Part shown: piece after piece, positions 24,101-37,621 of the stretch
How positions within the stretch are numbered: the first letter of the stretch is position 1
Layout: the number at the start of each line of letters is the position of its first letter
DNA from: Nymphaea colorata
Lineage: Eukaryota
Assembly: GCF_008831285.2 (NCBI RefSeq)
Contig: NC_045138.2
Span: 5,642,001 to 5,706,000 of the forward strand
Direction: 5' to 3'
Length of the DNA stretch: 64,000 nucleotides
Notes under the pieces: model-generated
Seen by the model: only the letters and a program-made list of their open reading frames with translations
The model's database searches: none
Told to the model about the DNA's origin: nothing
Program-made: the position numbers and the translations under genes

Positions 24101-27100
24101 TATTATTTTAAGAACTTTGATAGTTGTTATATAATTTTACTATTATATATGGATGATATGCTTATTACATGCTCAAATTTGCAAGAGATCAATTCTTTGA
24201 AAGAACAACTATCAAGAAGTTTGAAATGAAAGATCTAAGTGCTGCGAAACAAATCTTTGGGATGAGAATAAGTAGGAACAGTAAGACAGACACCTTAAAT
24301 TTGTCTAAACAAAATTATATTGAGAAGATCTTGTGCAGGTTTAAGATGCAAAATGTCAAACCTATTAGTACGCCGCTTGCTAGTCATTTCAAATTGTCCA
24401 AGGATTTGTCACTCAAGACAAATGAAGAGCATGAAAAAATGTCAAGGATAGGAACTTTAGGTATGAGCCTTTGTTTTAAGAAAAATGAATTTCTTTTGCA
24501 TGGCTTTGTGGATGCAGATTTGGGTGGTGATCTTGACAGCAAGAGAAGCACCACTGGGTACATTTACACCATAGAAAGAACCTGTATTAGTTGGGTTTCA
24601 CAACTTCAAAAAGTTGTTGTGTTGTCTACTACTGAAGTTGAATATATTGTAGATACAAAAGGCAGTAAAGAGATGATTTGGCTAAAGACTATTCTAAAAG
24701 AATTGAATGTAAAGGAAGAGAAGTGTTCTCTCTTATGAAGTCAAAGTGCAATTCATTTAGCCAAGAATTCAGTGTTCCATGCTAAAACAAAGCATATTGA
24801 TTTGAAGTATCATTTCATTAGAGATTTGTTGGAAGAGAAGATACTATCTATTGAAAAGATTCGTGAAACAGAGAATCCAACAGGCATGTTGACAAAGTCA
24901 GTGACTGCTAAGAAACTGAGGTTATGTTTAACCTTAGTTGGTCTCCAAAGTTGATTGATGAGAAGGCATCGCACAGGTTGAATATGTGATATACAAGCAC
25001 TTGATCTATAGTGCGAGATTGTTGATGTATGGAACTTGATCTATACTAGACACTCATATACGATGTTGTGGATCCAGTGGTGCTTCTCTTGCTTAGAGGC
25101 TCGTGCTTTTTTTTATGTAAAGGCATTTATGTTATTTTGTATAAATGCAGGTTTGCCATAATCCTTATGTTGTGAGGGAGACTATAGTTTCTTCTTTGGT
25201 CTTCTCTCTAAGAGTGAATAGTGAAAGATCTGTGCGACCGTGAACGTAAGAGATATTGCTCTGAACCATGTAAATCTTTGTTTTTTCCTTGTTGCTTTTA
25301 TCCCTCTCTTGAGAGTGCGAGAGGAGAGTTTTATGTGTTGTTCCTAACACCTTCACCGGTCATCCGTCGTTAGAAACTTTTGAACGCCTTGGACATCGTC
25401 CTCAAGTCACTGGAAAACGGTACTTTGATTTGGACGGTGAATGAAAAGAGTTTAGTGAAGCTTTGAATGAGTTTGTCAATCTACTTGGTACGTTCATCGT
25501 CTCTCCTCAAAGCCATGAAGAGCGTTCACCTTAAGATGGATGAAGTTGCCTCGGCTGGCTTGCAAGCACCGCCGGAAGAAATCCAATAGCGCCAGCCAGA
25601 AGAGAGACCTGATTGACGTGCTCATTAAAGAATTCATTAAAGAATTAGAAGACGGCCACCGGTATGGTACGTTACCACCTCTCCTCTTTTCCTCCTGTTT
25701 GTTCTTATGTTTGTTCTTAAGTAAAGAAACACTAAAATCGCTAAGCTATTGTCAACCGCCATTTGCTGGGAATTTCCAAACGTCAAACTTGAGAGATTTT
25801 GGCAGTAAAAAAAAATATACATAACATACTTATCGTGCGTTTGACAGTTTGGATTTCAGATTCTTTTGTCACATACCACGCCAGGTTTATATGAGATTTA
25901 TGGATTTCAGACCCGAAGTAATCAAACTCATCTTTGTTTTTCTAATATTTAATTATCAAAAAGTTTGGTCGCCATGTCTATTTAATATTTTGGATTTTTC
26001 TTACTAACCGATTTGATGTTTGTTTCTTTTTGTGATTTAAGTTATTTTTTTATAACTTTCACCATTTTCTTGTCATTTTAGCTTGTGCCATCACCTTGCC
26101 AACTATTTAACCAGATTTCTTTCCATCGAGCTCTCATCATCCTTACCAAATTTCATATTTTTATTTGTAACTTCTTTTAGAAAATTTTCTAAGACATCCT
26201 TAAAAATAATTAAAAGAAAAAGACACTTAACCTGAACTTTCATATTGCTAAAAATACCCTTAGGCTTCGCACTACTAATAAAAAAGCTTTTTTTTTTCAA
26301 AAAGGCCACAATTTCTAAGCAGATTTGTTAATTTGTATTATTTTTTACTGCTTCGATAACATTAATGCATGATTAGTTATATCTAAATGACTTTGTTTTC
26401 TATCTATATACTTAAAACAATTATAAAATTTTTTTTGTTAGCGTTATAATGATTTTGAAGGAAATTAAACCTAAATACAATTAATTTACTTGTCAATTTA
26501 GCAAGAAAAGCAGAGACATTCCCCTCTTTCCATTGCCTTCAAGGTGCAAGGTTGTTTTTGGTCCTTAAGATGCTCCTACACGAATCAAACTGACGATCAG
26601 ACAACAATCTGTCAATCCGACCAACTACAGTCTACACACAATTGATGCACTACCTTATATTATATATATATATTATATATGTCCATACAAAAAGTGAAAA
26701 CATATAGGTTGCGTTTATTTCACCATGGATTTGAGATTCTCTGTGATCTGATATCCCTAGGATCTCAAATCCATGAATTTAAGATCATATATCTCTTCCT
26801 CCCTCTCTCCCCACCCAAAAAAAAAACTGATCTTAAATTAATGGTTTTGAATAAGGATGTGTGGTTCTCTTTGATTTCAAATTCTCGAGATTTGAGAACT
26901 ATGGATCCTCGTGATTTGAGACCTATAGGTTTATTATCAGACCCCATCCAATTTATATTAAAAGGCGTTTGATTGCCTTGGATCTGAAATTTAAGGTGAT
27001 TTGGGATCATTGTGAATCTCAAATCCACATTTTTTGCCTCACACCCCTCAAATCTCAAATTCTTCTTTTTCACATATTGGTAAAAATCTAGGTTTGTTGG

Positions 27101-27771
27101 TCTTACACAAAAGGGACTTTACTGATGACCCTTTACTTCCTCTGATAACAAATCACACTTGAGTGGCCTCTCTCTCTCTCTCTTCACAACACCACATATC
27201 TTAAAGAAAGCCCAAGATGAATTGGACTACCATGTGGGCAAAGACCAACAAGTGGACGAATCAGACATCAACAACTTGCCTTACTTGCAGGCCATAGTCA
27301 AAGAGTCAATGCCCCTATACCCAGCAACACCGCTTTTGCTCCCACACGAGTCAATGGAACCCATTCAACTTGGTGGGTTCGACGTGCCAGTTGGCTCAAC
27401 GCCGTTCGTTAACGCGTGGAAGATTCATCGCGACCCGACATTGTGGACGGACCCAGAAGAGTTCAAGCCAGAGAGGTTCTTGAGCAGCAACAATGAGATG
27501 ACCAGCTTTGGTGGTCAGGACTTTCCTTCTTGCCATTTGGGTCAGGAAGGAGGTTCTGCATTGGCTGGCGGATGGCCATGCAATTTATTCACTTAACTTT
27601 GGCACGCTTGCTGCAGGGCTTTGAATGGTCACGCCCATGGATGAGCCGATTGACATGACCGAGGGACATGGCCTAGTCCTGCCCAAAGCAACTCTGTTTA
27701 GAGTCCTTTTGAGGCTTCATCTCCCTTCTAGTGTGTGCTATAATATTTCCAATGATATGGCAGATTCATAA
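21104..27771 (+). pseudogene. CYP82: CYP82-like paralog B, copy B3, split by copia (3' part 25350-27771)
   Basis: Same layout as B2. Retains the end of exon 1 (LIKEFIKELEDGH) that B1, B2 and B5 have lost. Confidence 0.9.
21149..25349 (+). mobile_element. Ty1/copia copy C3 (3' LTR 25020-25349)
   Basis: Collinear with C2; same junctions and shared lesions. Confidence 0.95.
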
Positions 27772-29490
27772 TTTGAAACGAAGAATGAGGTCATAAGAAA
27801 TTAGAATGTTAGATAAAAGGAAATTGTGGATGTTGCATGTTAATTAATTGATATCAGTTGGGGGTGTTTGAATAGGTAATAAGTCTCATTTCCAAAGGGT
27901 TTGCTGCAACGGCCGGGCAGCGGATTGTAGGCGGCCAGTTCCTTCAATTATTTTCCATTTTAAGAAATGAGTAAAAACTTTTAAATATCTGTAGAAAATT
28001 TTACTACCAATAATAATTCTGTAATCAATAGCGTCACGTATGTGATTTCTGTATGCATAGTTCCATGGATGGACATTCCATTTCAATATACGTAATGTTA
28101 TTCTGGAAACAAATTACAATGCATACAGAAACATTCATTTAGATAATAAAATAAGATAACATTTTCACGATAAAATACTAAAGTAGTAGTGATCTAAAGG
28201 GAGCTTAAAAGTGAACAAAAGAAGTACCATCTAGATCTATCCAACCATTTACGTTGCCTTTGATTACAGCAGATTTGATATCCACTGTTTTTAAATCCGA
28301 ACCCAAATCCAATTTCAAATTCACACTTTTATACCAAACTGGGATTTAAAAGACTAACAAGAAGCAGCTCTTGGCAAGACGGAACATATACCTCCCAAAA
28401 TAATCCCGCATAGATTTTTCTTGCACCACAGAGTTTGTGGTTTTTTTTTTTTTGCGTATTGAGGTGTAAAAATGACTCATCTATAAAAGAGACAATCCTA
28501 CAAAGATAAAAGATGGAAAGTGGAAGATATAAAGTCCTCAATATGTTTGTTTTCTTTTTTGAAAACGGCAAAAATGTCCCTATGCCTTTTTTGGTGTGCA
28601 TTTATTGCATGCACTAGGGTGGTGCTCACAACTGGATCCACCTAGTTCTTTTGTGGTTGGCTTTCTAATGTGTGCAAAATTTTTTAATGTCTACATAAAT
28701 TAAAGCACATTCATATTTAATATTGTCATAGTGTCCCATTAATCTACTCCATAGATTCATGGGATCATGACACATTGCTCATATTATCAAATGGTCTCAA
28801 TCTGGTCCACAGGAATGATGCGGCTGTCGTGGATTATATGGTTCTAACAATTCAATCAGTCTCCAAAATATCATATTGCAAACGATAGAAGAATGCTATT
28901 GGTAGTAAAGTCTAAGTCTAAGAAGGAGGCTACCATCATTGTCCTATAGTGATCTCTTGTGGGGTGGACAAGATCTCCAAGCCCAATCATCAAAGAAACT
29001 CATCCATATATGAGGAATATTGGGTATAAACCAAACAAATAGGTCAAGGACAAAAACCAAACCTTTAACTATGATGTTTAAAGCGTTTTTTTTGGAAGTA
29101 TAACCGTACCAATATGATATTAAGGATAGGTAATATGATATTAAGGATAGGTTGATGTGAAATATATATTAATTGATCCATTTCTAGGTTTTAATAGTGT
29201 TTTTATGACAAGAAAATAAATGAATGGCTGTCATAGCGTCTACATTTTGATAATAGAAAAAACAACATTTTTCGTGTGTAAAAACAAGTTGATTCAAAGC
29301 ACGTGTTATATCAAAATATTTTTTTATAAATATATTAGAATGGTTATATTTTATTTTAAGATAACTTTTTAACCAAAAAATTAAAATGTTTATTTCTTTT
29401 TTTCTCTTACCTAAGTGTTTTGTGGTATATATATACAAACATAGCTACCAAGCACCAAGCACCAAGACTGAAAATACCCTCACCACATCT

Positions 29491-31221
29491 ATGGATTCCA
29501 TCAGGCTGGTAGCAGAGGGTTTAGCAGCTCTGCTCGCTCTTTTCTTCATCTGCAATATTTGGCAAAAGAAGAAAAGAGAAGCAAGAGGCCGACTACCAGA
29601 ACGGGCGGTCGTTGGCCAATAGTCGGACACCTTGGCCTGCTGACGGGAACCACACCTCTCTATAGAACTCTCGCTGCTCTTTCAGAGAAGCTGGGGCCTC
29701 TCTTCAGTCTCCAATTGGGACAAAGGCGTGCCATTGTGGTGAGCAGCATGGACCTCGCCAAGGAGTGCTTCACTGTCAATGACCGGAGTGCTTCACTGTC
29801 AATGACCGAGCCTTTGCCGGTCGCCTCAGCTAGAAGGTTGGAACGCCTTGGCTACAATCGTGCCATGTTCGTATTCAGCCCATATGGACCTTACTTTCTT
29901 GAACTCCGCAAGATCGTCGCCAACAAGCTGCTCTCAAGCCAGCAACTCCGACTGGTCAAACACATCCAACCTAGAAGAGTTTTTAGGTTGTGCTTGATTC
30001 CACATGGATCTTAGATCTAAGGAATCACAAATCCATGATAGATAAAATCCACATTTCAATCAAATTGTGAGCTTCCCATGATAGATAAAATCATGGCCCC
30101 TGATTTTAAATCTTCAAGATTGGAGATCCATATATTTAAGAGAGCTTCCCCACAATCTTAAATCAGGCATGTTTTTATAGTTTATATCCGAGGGGTGTTT
30201 GATAGCCTCAGATTTGAAATTTAAGGTGATTTGGGTTCATTGGGAATCTCAAATCTACATGCTTTAGGTCAGATCCGACATCAATTGTAAGGTTTTATTT
30301 ATAAACTAAGGATCTCAGTTCTTCTTTTTCACATAATGGCAAAATCTAGGGTTTGTTTATGTTGTAGTTCTACATAAAAGGGATATTAGATCAGCCTCTG
30401 AACTGGGATCTCATGCTACCAGCCACACATTTAGTAGTTTCCGTAAAGTTCAAATGGCTTTTCACTGAATGTTCTTTGCTCTATATACATTTAAATCATT
30501 CCTCTGATAACAAATAAAAGAAATTGCTCCATACCTACTTTTTATTCATGTTTGCTTGTAGCACTTTCAATTCTCTAGCATCAGTAAAGGGCATAGATCT
30601 GTTTACTACCAATCTCCATTGTAATGAATTATTCCAGGTTTTGGTAGTAGCCGGGACAGAGAGCATGGCAGTCACACTTGAGTGGGCTCTCTCTCTCTTG
30701 CTAAATAACCCACATCTCTTAAAGAAAGCCCAAGATGAGTTAGACTGCAGGTCGGCAAAGAGCGACAAGTGGATGAATCAGATCTCAGTAACTTGCCTTA
30801 TTTGCAAGCTATAGTCAAAGAGACAATGCGCCTACACCCAACCGGACCACTTTTGGACCCACACGAGTCAACGGAACCAGTTCAACTTGGTGGGTTCGAG
30901 GTGCCGGTTGGCTCAATCCTGTTTGTTAATGTGTGGAAGATTCATCACGACCCGACATTGTGGGCGACCCAGAAGAATTCAAGCCAGAGAGGTTCTTGAG
31001 CAGCCGCAACGAGATGACCGGCTTTGGTGGTCAGGACTTTGCGTTCTTGCCATTTGGATCGGGAAGGAGGATCTGTGTTGGCCGGTGGATGGCCATGCAA
31101 GTTCTTCACCTAACTTTGGCATGCTTGCTGCAGAGCTTTGAATGGTCTACACCCATGAATGAGCCGGTTGACAATGACCGTGGGACATGGCCTAACCCTG
31201 CCCAAAGCAACTCAGCTTAGA
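29491..31221 (+). pseudogene. CYP82: CYP82-like paralog A, copy A3 (internal ~1.09 kb deletion; runs into the gap)
   Basis: Exon 1 joins mid-intron at ~29968 (CACATCCAAC/CTAGAAGAG). 23-bp duplication at 29762-29807. Exon 2 starts at 30638. Confidence 0.9.
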
Positions 31222-31321
31222 NNNNNNNNNNNNNNNNNNNNNNNNNNNNNNNNNNNNNNNNNNNNNNNNNNNNNNNNNNNNNNNNNNNNNNNNNNNNNNN
31301 NNNNNNNNNNNNNNNNNNNNN
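31222..31321. other. Scaffold gap (100 N, probably unknown size)
   Basis: Exactly 100 N. Confidence 0.99.
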
Positions 31322-33457
31322 AAATGTTATTTCATTGATTATTGGAAATGATGAGTTTGGATATTATTTTCAATATGATAAAGCGAAGAAAATTATTAGA
31401 CATAATGACATAGTGTTCAATGAAATGGCTCTGTACAGAGAGTGATAGTCTTATGTCTGATAAGATGAACATCATGACACAAATGAAGACATTGTAGAAC
31501 TTCAAAAGTCTGTGAAGATGATGTTGCAATTAAGACTCAAGATAGAAACAGTCAGATGGAACAAGAACCAAGCACATCCAACCTCCATTGAGGAGATCAA
31601 GTAGAAGACCAAAACCAAATCGAATATATTCTCCTTATTTATATTACTTACTGTTAACTGATGTCGGAGAACACGAGTGTTTTGATGAAGCAATGCAGGT
31701 TACAGATTCAATTAAGTGAGAGTCAACTGTGAAAGAAGAGATGGACTCTTTCATGCTAACAGAACATGGAAACTAACTGAGCTTCCTTGTGGAAAGAAGT
31801 CATTGCAAAACAAATAGGTATACAAGATTAAATAAGAAGCAGCAGGAAGAAAAAAGTATAAAGCAAGGTTAGTAGTGAAAGGTTTTCAACAAAAAGAAGG
31901 TATAGATTATACATAAATTTTCTCTCTTGTTATTAAACTAACTACTATAAGATTGGTATTAAGTTTAGTTGCAGCTGAAAATTATATTTGGAGCAACTAG
32001 ATGTAAAAACTGCATTCTTTCATGAAGATTTGGAGAAAGATATTTATATGATGCAACCTGAATGTTTCTAGGTACAAAAAAATGAAAGCCTTGTATGCAA
32101 GTTAGAGAAGAGTCTCTATGGTTTAAAACAGGCACTAACATAGTGGTAGAAAAAGTTTGATAACTTTACGGGAAGAAATGCCTTTAAGAAGTGTGATATG
32201 GATCATTGTTATTATTTTAAGAACTTGATAGTTGTTATATAATTTTACTATTATATATGGATGATATGCTTATTACATGCTCAAATTTGCAAGAGATCAA
32301 TTCTTTGAAAGAACAACTATCAAAGAAGTTTGAAATGAAAGATCTAAGTGCTGCGAAACAAATCTTTGGGATGAGAATAAGTAGGAACAGTAAGACAGAC
32401 ACCTTAAATTTGTCTAAACAAAATTATATTGAGAAGATCTTGTGCAGGTTTAAGATGCAAAATGTCAAACCTATTAGTACGCCGCTTGCTAGTCATTTCA
32501 AATTGTCCAAGGATTTGTCACTCAAGACAAATGAAGAGCATGAAAAATGTCAAGGATAGGAACTTTAGGTATGAGCCTTTGTTTTAAGAAAAATGAATTT
32601 CTTTTGCATGGCTTTGTGGATGCAGATTTGGGTGGTGATCTTGACAGCAAGAGAAGCACCACTGGGTACATTTACACCATAGAAAGAACCTGTATTAGTT
32701 GGGTTTCACAACTTCAAAAAGTTGTTGTGTTGTCTACTACTGAAGTTGAATATATTGTAGATACAAAAGGCAGTAAAGAGATGATTTGGCTAAAGACTAT
32801 TCTAAAAGAATTGAATGTAAAGGAAGAGAAGTGTTCTCTCTTATGAAAGTCAAAGTGCAATTCATTTAGCCAAGAATTCAGTGTTCCATGCTAAAACAAA
32901 GCATATTGATTTGAAGTATCATTTCATTAGAGATTTGTTGGAAGAGAAGATACTATCTATTGAAAAGATTCGTGAAACAGAGAATCCAACAGGCATGTTG
33001 ACAAAGTCAGTGACTGCTAAGAAACTGAGGTTATGTTTAACCTTAGTGGTCTCCAAAGTTGATTGATGAGAAGGCATCGCACAGGTTGAATATGTGATAT
33101 ACAAGCACTTGATCTATAGTGCGAGATTGTTGATGTATGGAACTTGATCTATACTAGACACTCAATACGATGTTGTGGATCCAGTGGTGCTTCTCTTGCT
33201 TAGAGGCTCGTGCTTTTTTTTTATGTAAAGGCATTTATGTTATTTTGTATAAATGCAGGTTGCCATAATCCTTATGTTGTGAGGGAGACTATAGTTTCTT
33301 CTTTGGTCTTCTCTCTAAGAGTGAATAGTGAAAGATCTGTGCGACCGTGAACGTAAGAGATATTGCTCTGAACCATGTAAATCTTTGTTTTTTTCCTTGT
33401 TGCTTTTATCCCTCTCTTGAGAGTGCGAGAGGAGAGTTTTATGTGTTGTTCCTAACA
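31322..33457 (+). mobile_element. Ty1/copia copy C4, 3' half (3' LTR 33128-33457)
   Basis: Nearly identical to 23211-25349. Confidence 0.93.
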
Positions 33458-34759
33458 CCTTCACCGGTCATCCGTCGTTAGAAACTTTTGAACGCCTTGG
33501 ACATCGTCCTCAAGTCACTGGAAACGGTACTTTGATTTGGACGGTGAATGAAAGAGTTTAGTGAAGCTTTGAATGAGTTTGTCAATCTACTTGGTACGTT
33601 CATCGTCTCTCCTCAAAGCCATGAAGAGCGTTCACCTTAAGATGGATGAAGTTGCCTCGGCTTGGCTTGCAAGCACCGCCGGAAGAAATCCAATAGCGCC
33701 AGCCAGAGAGAGACCTGATTGACGTGCTCATTAAAGAATTCATTAAAGAATTAGAAGACGGCCACCGGTATGGTACGTTACCACCTCTCCCTCTTTCCTC
33801 CTGTTTGTTCTTATGTTTGTTCTTAAGTAAAGAAAACACTAAAATCGCTAAGCTATTGTCAACCGCCATTTGCTGGGAATTTCCAAACGTCAAACTTGAG
33901 AGATTTTGGCAGTAAAAAAAAATATACATAACATACTTATCGTGCGTTTGACAGTTTGGATTTCAGATTCTTTTGTCACATACCACGCCAGGTTTATATG
34001 AGATTTATGGATTTCAGACCCGAAGTAATCAAACTCATCTTTTGTTTTTCTAATATTTAATTATCAAAAAGTTTGGTCGCCATGTCTATTTAATATTTTG
34101 GATTTTTCTTACTAACCGATTTTGATGTTTGTTTCTTTTTGTGATTTAAGTTATTTTTTTATAACTTTCACCATTTTCTTGTCATTTTAGCTTGTGCCAT
34201 CACCTTGCCAACTATTTAACCAGATTTCTTTCCATCGAGCTCTCATCATCCTTACCAAATTTCATATTTTTATTTTGTAACTTCTTTTTAGAAAATTTTC
34301 TAAGACATCCTTAAAAATAATTAAAAGAAAAAGACACTTAACCTGAACTTTCATATTGCTAAAAATACCCTTAGGCTTCGCACTACTAATAAAAAGCTTT
34401 TTTTTTCAAAAAGGCCACAATTTCTAAGCAGATTTGTTAATTTGTATTATTTTTTTACTGCTTCGATAACATTAATGCATGATTAGTTATATCTAAATGA
34501 CTTTGTTTTCTATCTATATACTTAAAACAATTATAAAATTTTTTTTGTTAGCGTTATAATGATTTTGAAGGAAATTAAACCTAAATACAATTAATTTACT
34601 TGTCAATTTAGCAAGAAAAGCAGAGACATTCCCTCTTTCCATTGCCTTCAAGGTGCAAGGTTGTTTTTGGTCCTTAAGATGCTCCTACACGAATCAAACT
34701 GACGATCAGACAACAATCTGTCAATCCGACCAACTACAGTCTACACACAATTGATGCAC

Positions 34760-34795
<36 letters not shown>

Positions 34796-35891
34796 ATACA
34801 AAAAGTGAAAACATATAGGTTGCGTTTATTTCACCATGGATTTGAGATTCTCTGTGATCTGATATCCCTAGGATCTCAAATCCATGAATTTAAGATCATA
34901 TATCTCTTCCTCCCTCTCTCCCCCACCCAAAAAAAAAAACTGATCTTAAATTAATGGTTTTGAATAAGGATGTGTGGTTCTCTTTGATTTCAAATTCTCG
35001 AGATTTGAGAACTATGGATCCTCGTGATTTGAGACCTATAGGTTTATTATCAGACCCCCATCCAATTTTATATTTAAAAGGCGTTTGATTGCCTTGGATC
35101 TGAAATTTAAGGTGATTTGGGATCATTGTGAATCTCAAATCCACATTTTTTGCCTCACACCCCCTCAAATCTCAAATTCTTCTTTTTCACATATTGGTAA
35201 AAATCTAGTGTTTGTTGGTCTTACACAAAAGGGACTTTACTGATGACCCTTTACTTCCTCTGATAACAAATCACACTTGAGTGGCCTCTCTCTCTCTCTC
35301 TTCACAACACCACATATCTTAAAGAAAGCCCAAGATGAATTGGACTACCATGTGGGCAAAGACCAACAAGTGGACGAATCAGACATCAACAACTTGCCTT
35401 ACTTGCAGGCCATAGTCAAAGAGTCAATGCCCCTATACCCAGCAACACCGCTTTTGCTCCCACACGAGTCAATGGAACCCATTCAACTTGGTGGGTTCGA
35501 CGTGCCAGTTGGCTCAACGCCGTTCGTTAACGCGTGGAAGATTCATCGCGACCCGACATTGTGGACGGACCCAGAAGAGTTCAAGCCAGAGAGGTTCTTG
35601 AGCAGCAACAATGAGATGACCAGCTTTGGTGGTCAGGACTTTTCCTTCTTGCCATTTGGGTCAGGAAGGAGGTTCTGCATTGGCTGGCGGATGGCCATGC
35701 AATTTATTCACTTAACTTTGGCACGCTTGCTGCAGGGCTTTGAATGGTCTACGCCCATGGATGAGCCGATTGACATGACCGAGGGACATGGCCTAGTCCT
35801 GCCCAAAGCAACTCTGTTTAGAGTCCTTTTGAGGCTTCATCTCCCTTCTAGTGTGTGCTATAATATTTCCAATGATATGGCAGATTCATAA
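33458..35891 (+). pseudogene. CYP82: CYP82-like paralog B, copy B4 (3' part)
   Basis: Same type as B3; exon-2 ORF 35277-35891. Confidence 0.9.
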
Positions 35892-37430
35892 TTTGAAACG
35901 AAGAATGAGGTCATAAGAAATTAGAATGTTAGATAAAAGGAAAATTGTGGATGTTGCATGTTAATTAATTGATATCAGTTGGGGTGTTTGAATAGGTAAT
36001 AAGTCTCATTTCCAAAGGGTTTGCTGCAACGGCCGGGGCAGCGGATTGTAGGCGGCCAGTTCCTTCAATTATTTTTCCATTTTTAAGAAATGAGTAAAAA
36101 CTTTTAAAATATCTGTAGAAAATTTTACTACCAATAATAATTCTGTAATCAATAGCGTCATGTATGTGATTTCTGTATGCATAGTTCCATGGATGGACAT
36201 TCCATTTCAATATACGTAATGTTATTCTGGAAACAAATTACAATGCATACAGAAACATTCATTTAGATAATAAAATAAGATAACATTTTCACGATAAAAT
36301 ACTAAAGTAGTAGTGATCCAAAGGGAGCTTAAAAGTGAACAAAAGAAGTACCATCTAGATCTATCCAACCATTTACGTTGCCTTTGATTACAGCAGATTT
36401 GATATCCACTGTTTTTAAATCCGAACCCAAATCCAATTTCAAATTCACACTTTTATACCAAACTGGGGATTTAAAAGACTAACAAGAAGAAGCTCTTGGC
36501 AAGACGGAACATATACCTCCCAAAATAATCCCGCATAGATTTTTCTTGCACCACAGAGTTTGTGGTTTTTTTTTTTTTTTGCGTATTGAGGTGTAAAAAT
36601 GACTCATCTATAAAAGAGACAATCCTACAAAGATAAAAGATGGAAAGTGGAAGATATAAAGTCCTCAATATGTTTGTTTTCTTTTTTGAAAACGGCAAAA
36701 ATGTCCCTATGCCTTTTTTGGTGTGCATTTATTGCATGCACTAGGGTGGTGCTCACAACTGGATCCACCTAGTTCTTTTGTGGTTGGCTTTCTAATGTGT
36801 GCAAAATTTTTTAATGTCTACATAAATTAAAGCACATTCATATTTAATATTGTCATAGTGTCCCATTAATCTACTCCATAGATTCATGGGATCATGACAC
36901 ATTGCTCATATTATCAAATGGTCTCAATCTGGTCCACAGGAATGATGCGGCTGTCGTGGATTATATGGTTCTAACAATTCAATCAGTCTCCAAAATATCA
37001 TATTGCAAACGATAGAAGAATGCTATTGGTAGTAAAGTCTAAGTCTAAGAAGGAGGCTACCATCATTGTCCTATAGTGATCTCTTGTGGGGTGGACAAGA
37101 TCTCCAAGCCCAATCATCAATGAAACTCATCCATATATGAGGAATATTGATTGGTATAAACCAAACAAATAGGTCAAGGACAAAAACCAAACCTTTAACT
37201 ATGATGTTTAAAGCGTTTTTTTTGGAAGTATAACCGTACCAATATGATATTAAGGATAGGTAATATGATATTAAGGATAGGTTGATGTGAAATATATATT
37301 AATTTGATCCATTTCTAGGTTTTAATAGTTTTTTTATGACAAGAAAATAAATGAATGGCTGTCATAGCGTCTACATTTTGATAATAGAAAAAACAACATT
37401 TTTCGTGTGTAAAAACAAGTTGATTCAAAG

Positions 37431-37566
37431 CACGTGTTATATCAAAATATTTTTTTATAAATATATTAGAATGGTTATATTTTATTTTAAGATAACTTTT
37501 TAACCAAAAAATTAAAATGTTTATTTCTTTTTTTCTCTTAGCTAAGTGTTTTGTGGTATATATATA
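37431..37566 (+). promoter_or_regulatory. Putative promoter of the intact CYP82-A4: G-box (37431-37436) and TATA-like box (37557-37566)
   Basis: CACGTG and TATATATATA upstream of ATG 37622. Confidence 0.45.
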
Positions 37567-37621
37567 CAAACATAGCTACCAAGCACCAAGCACCAAGACT
37601 GAAAATACCCTCACCACATCT

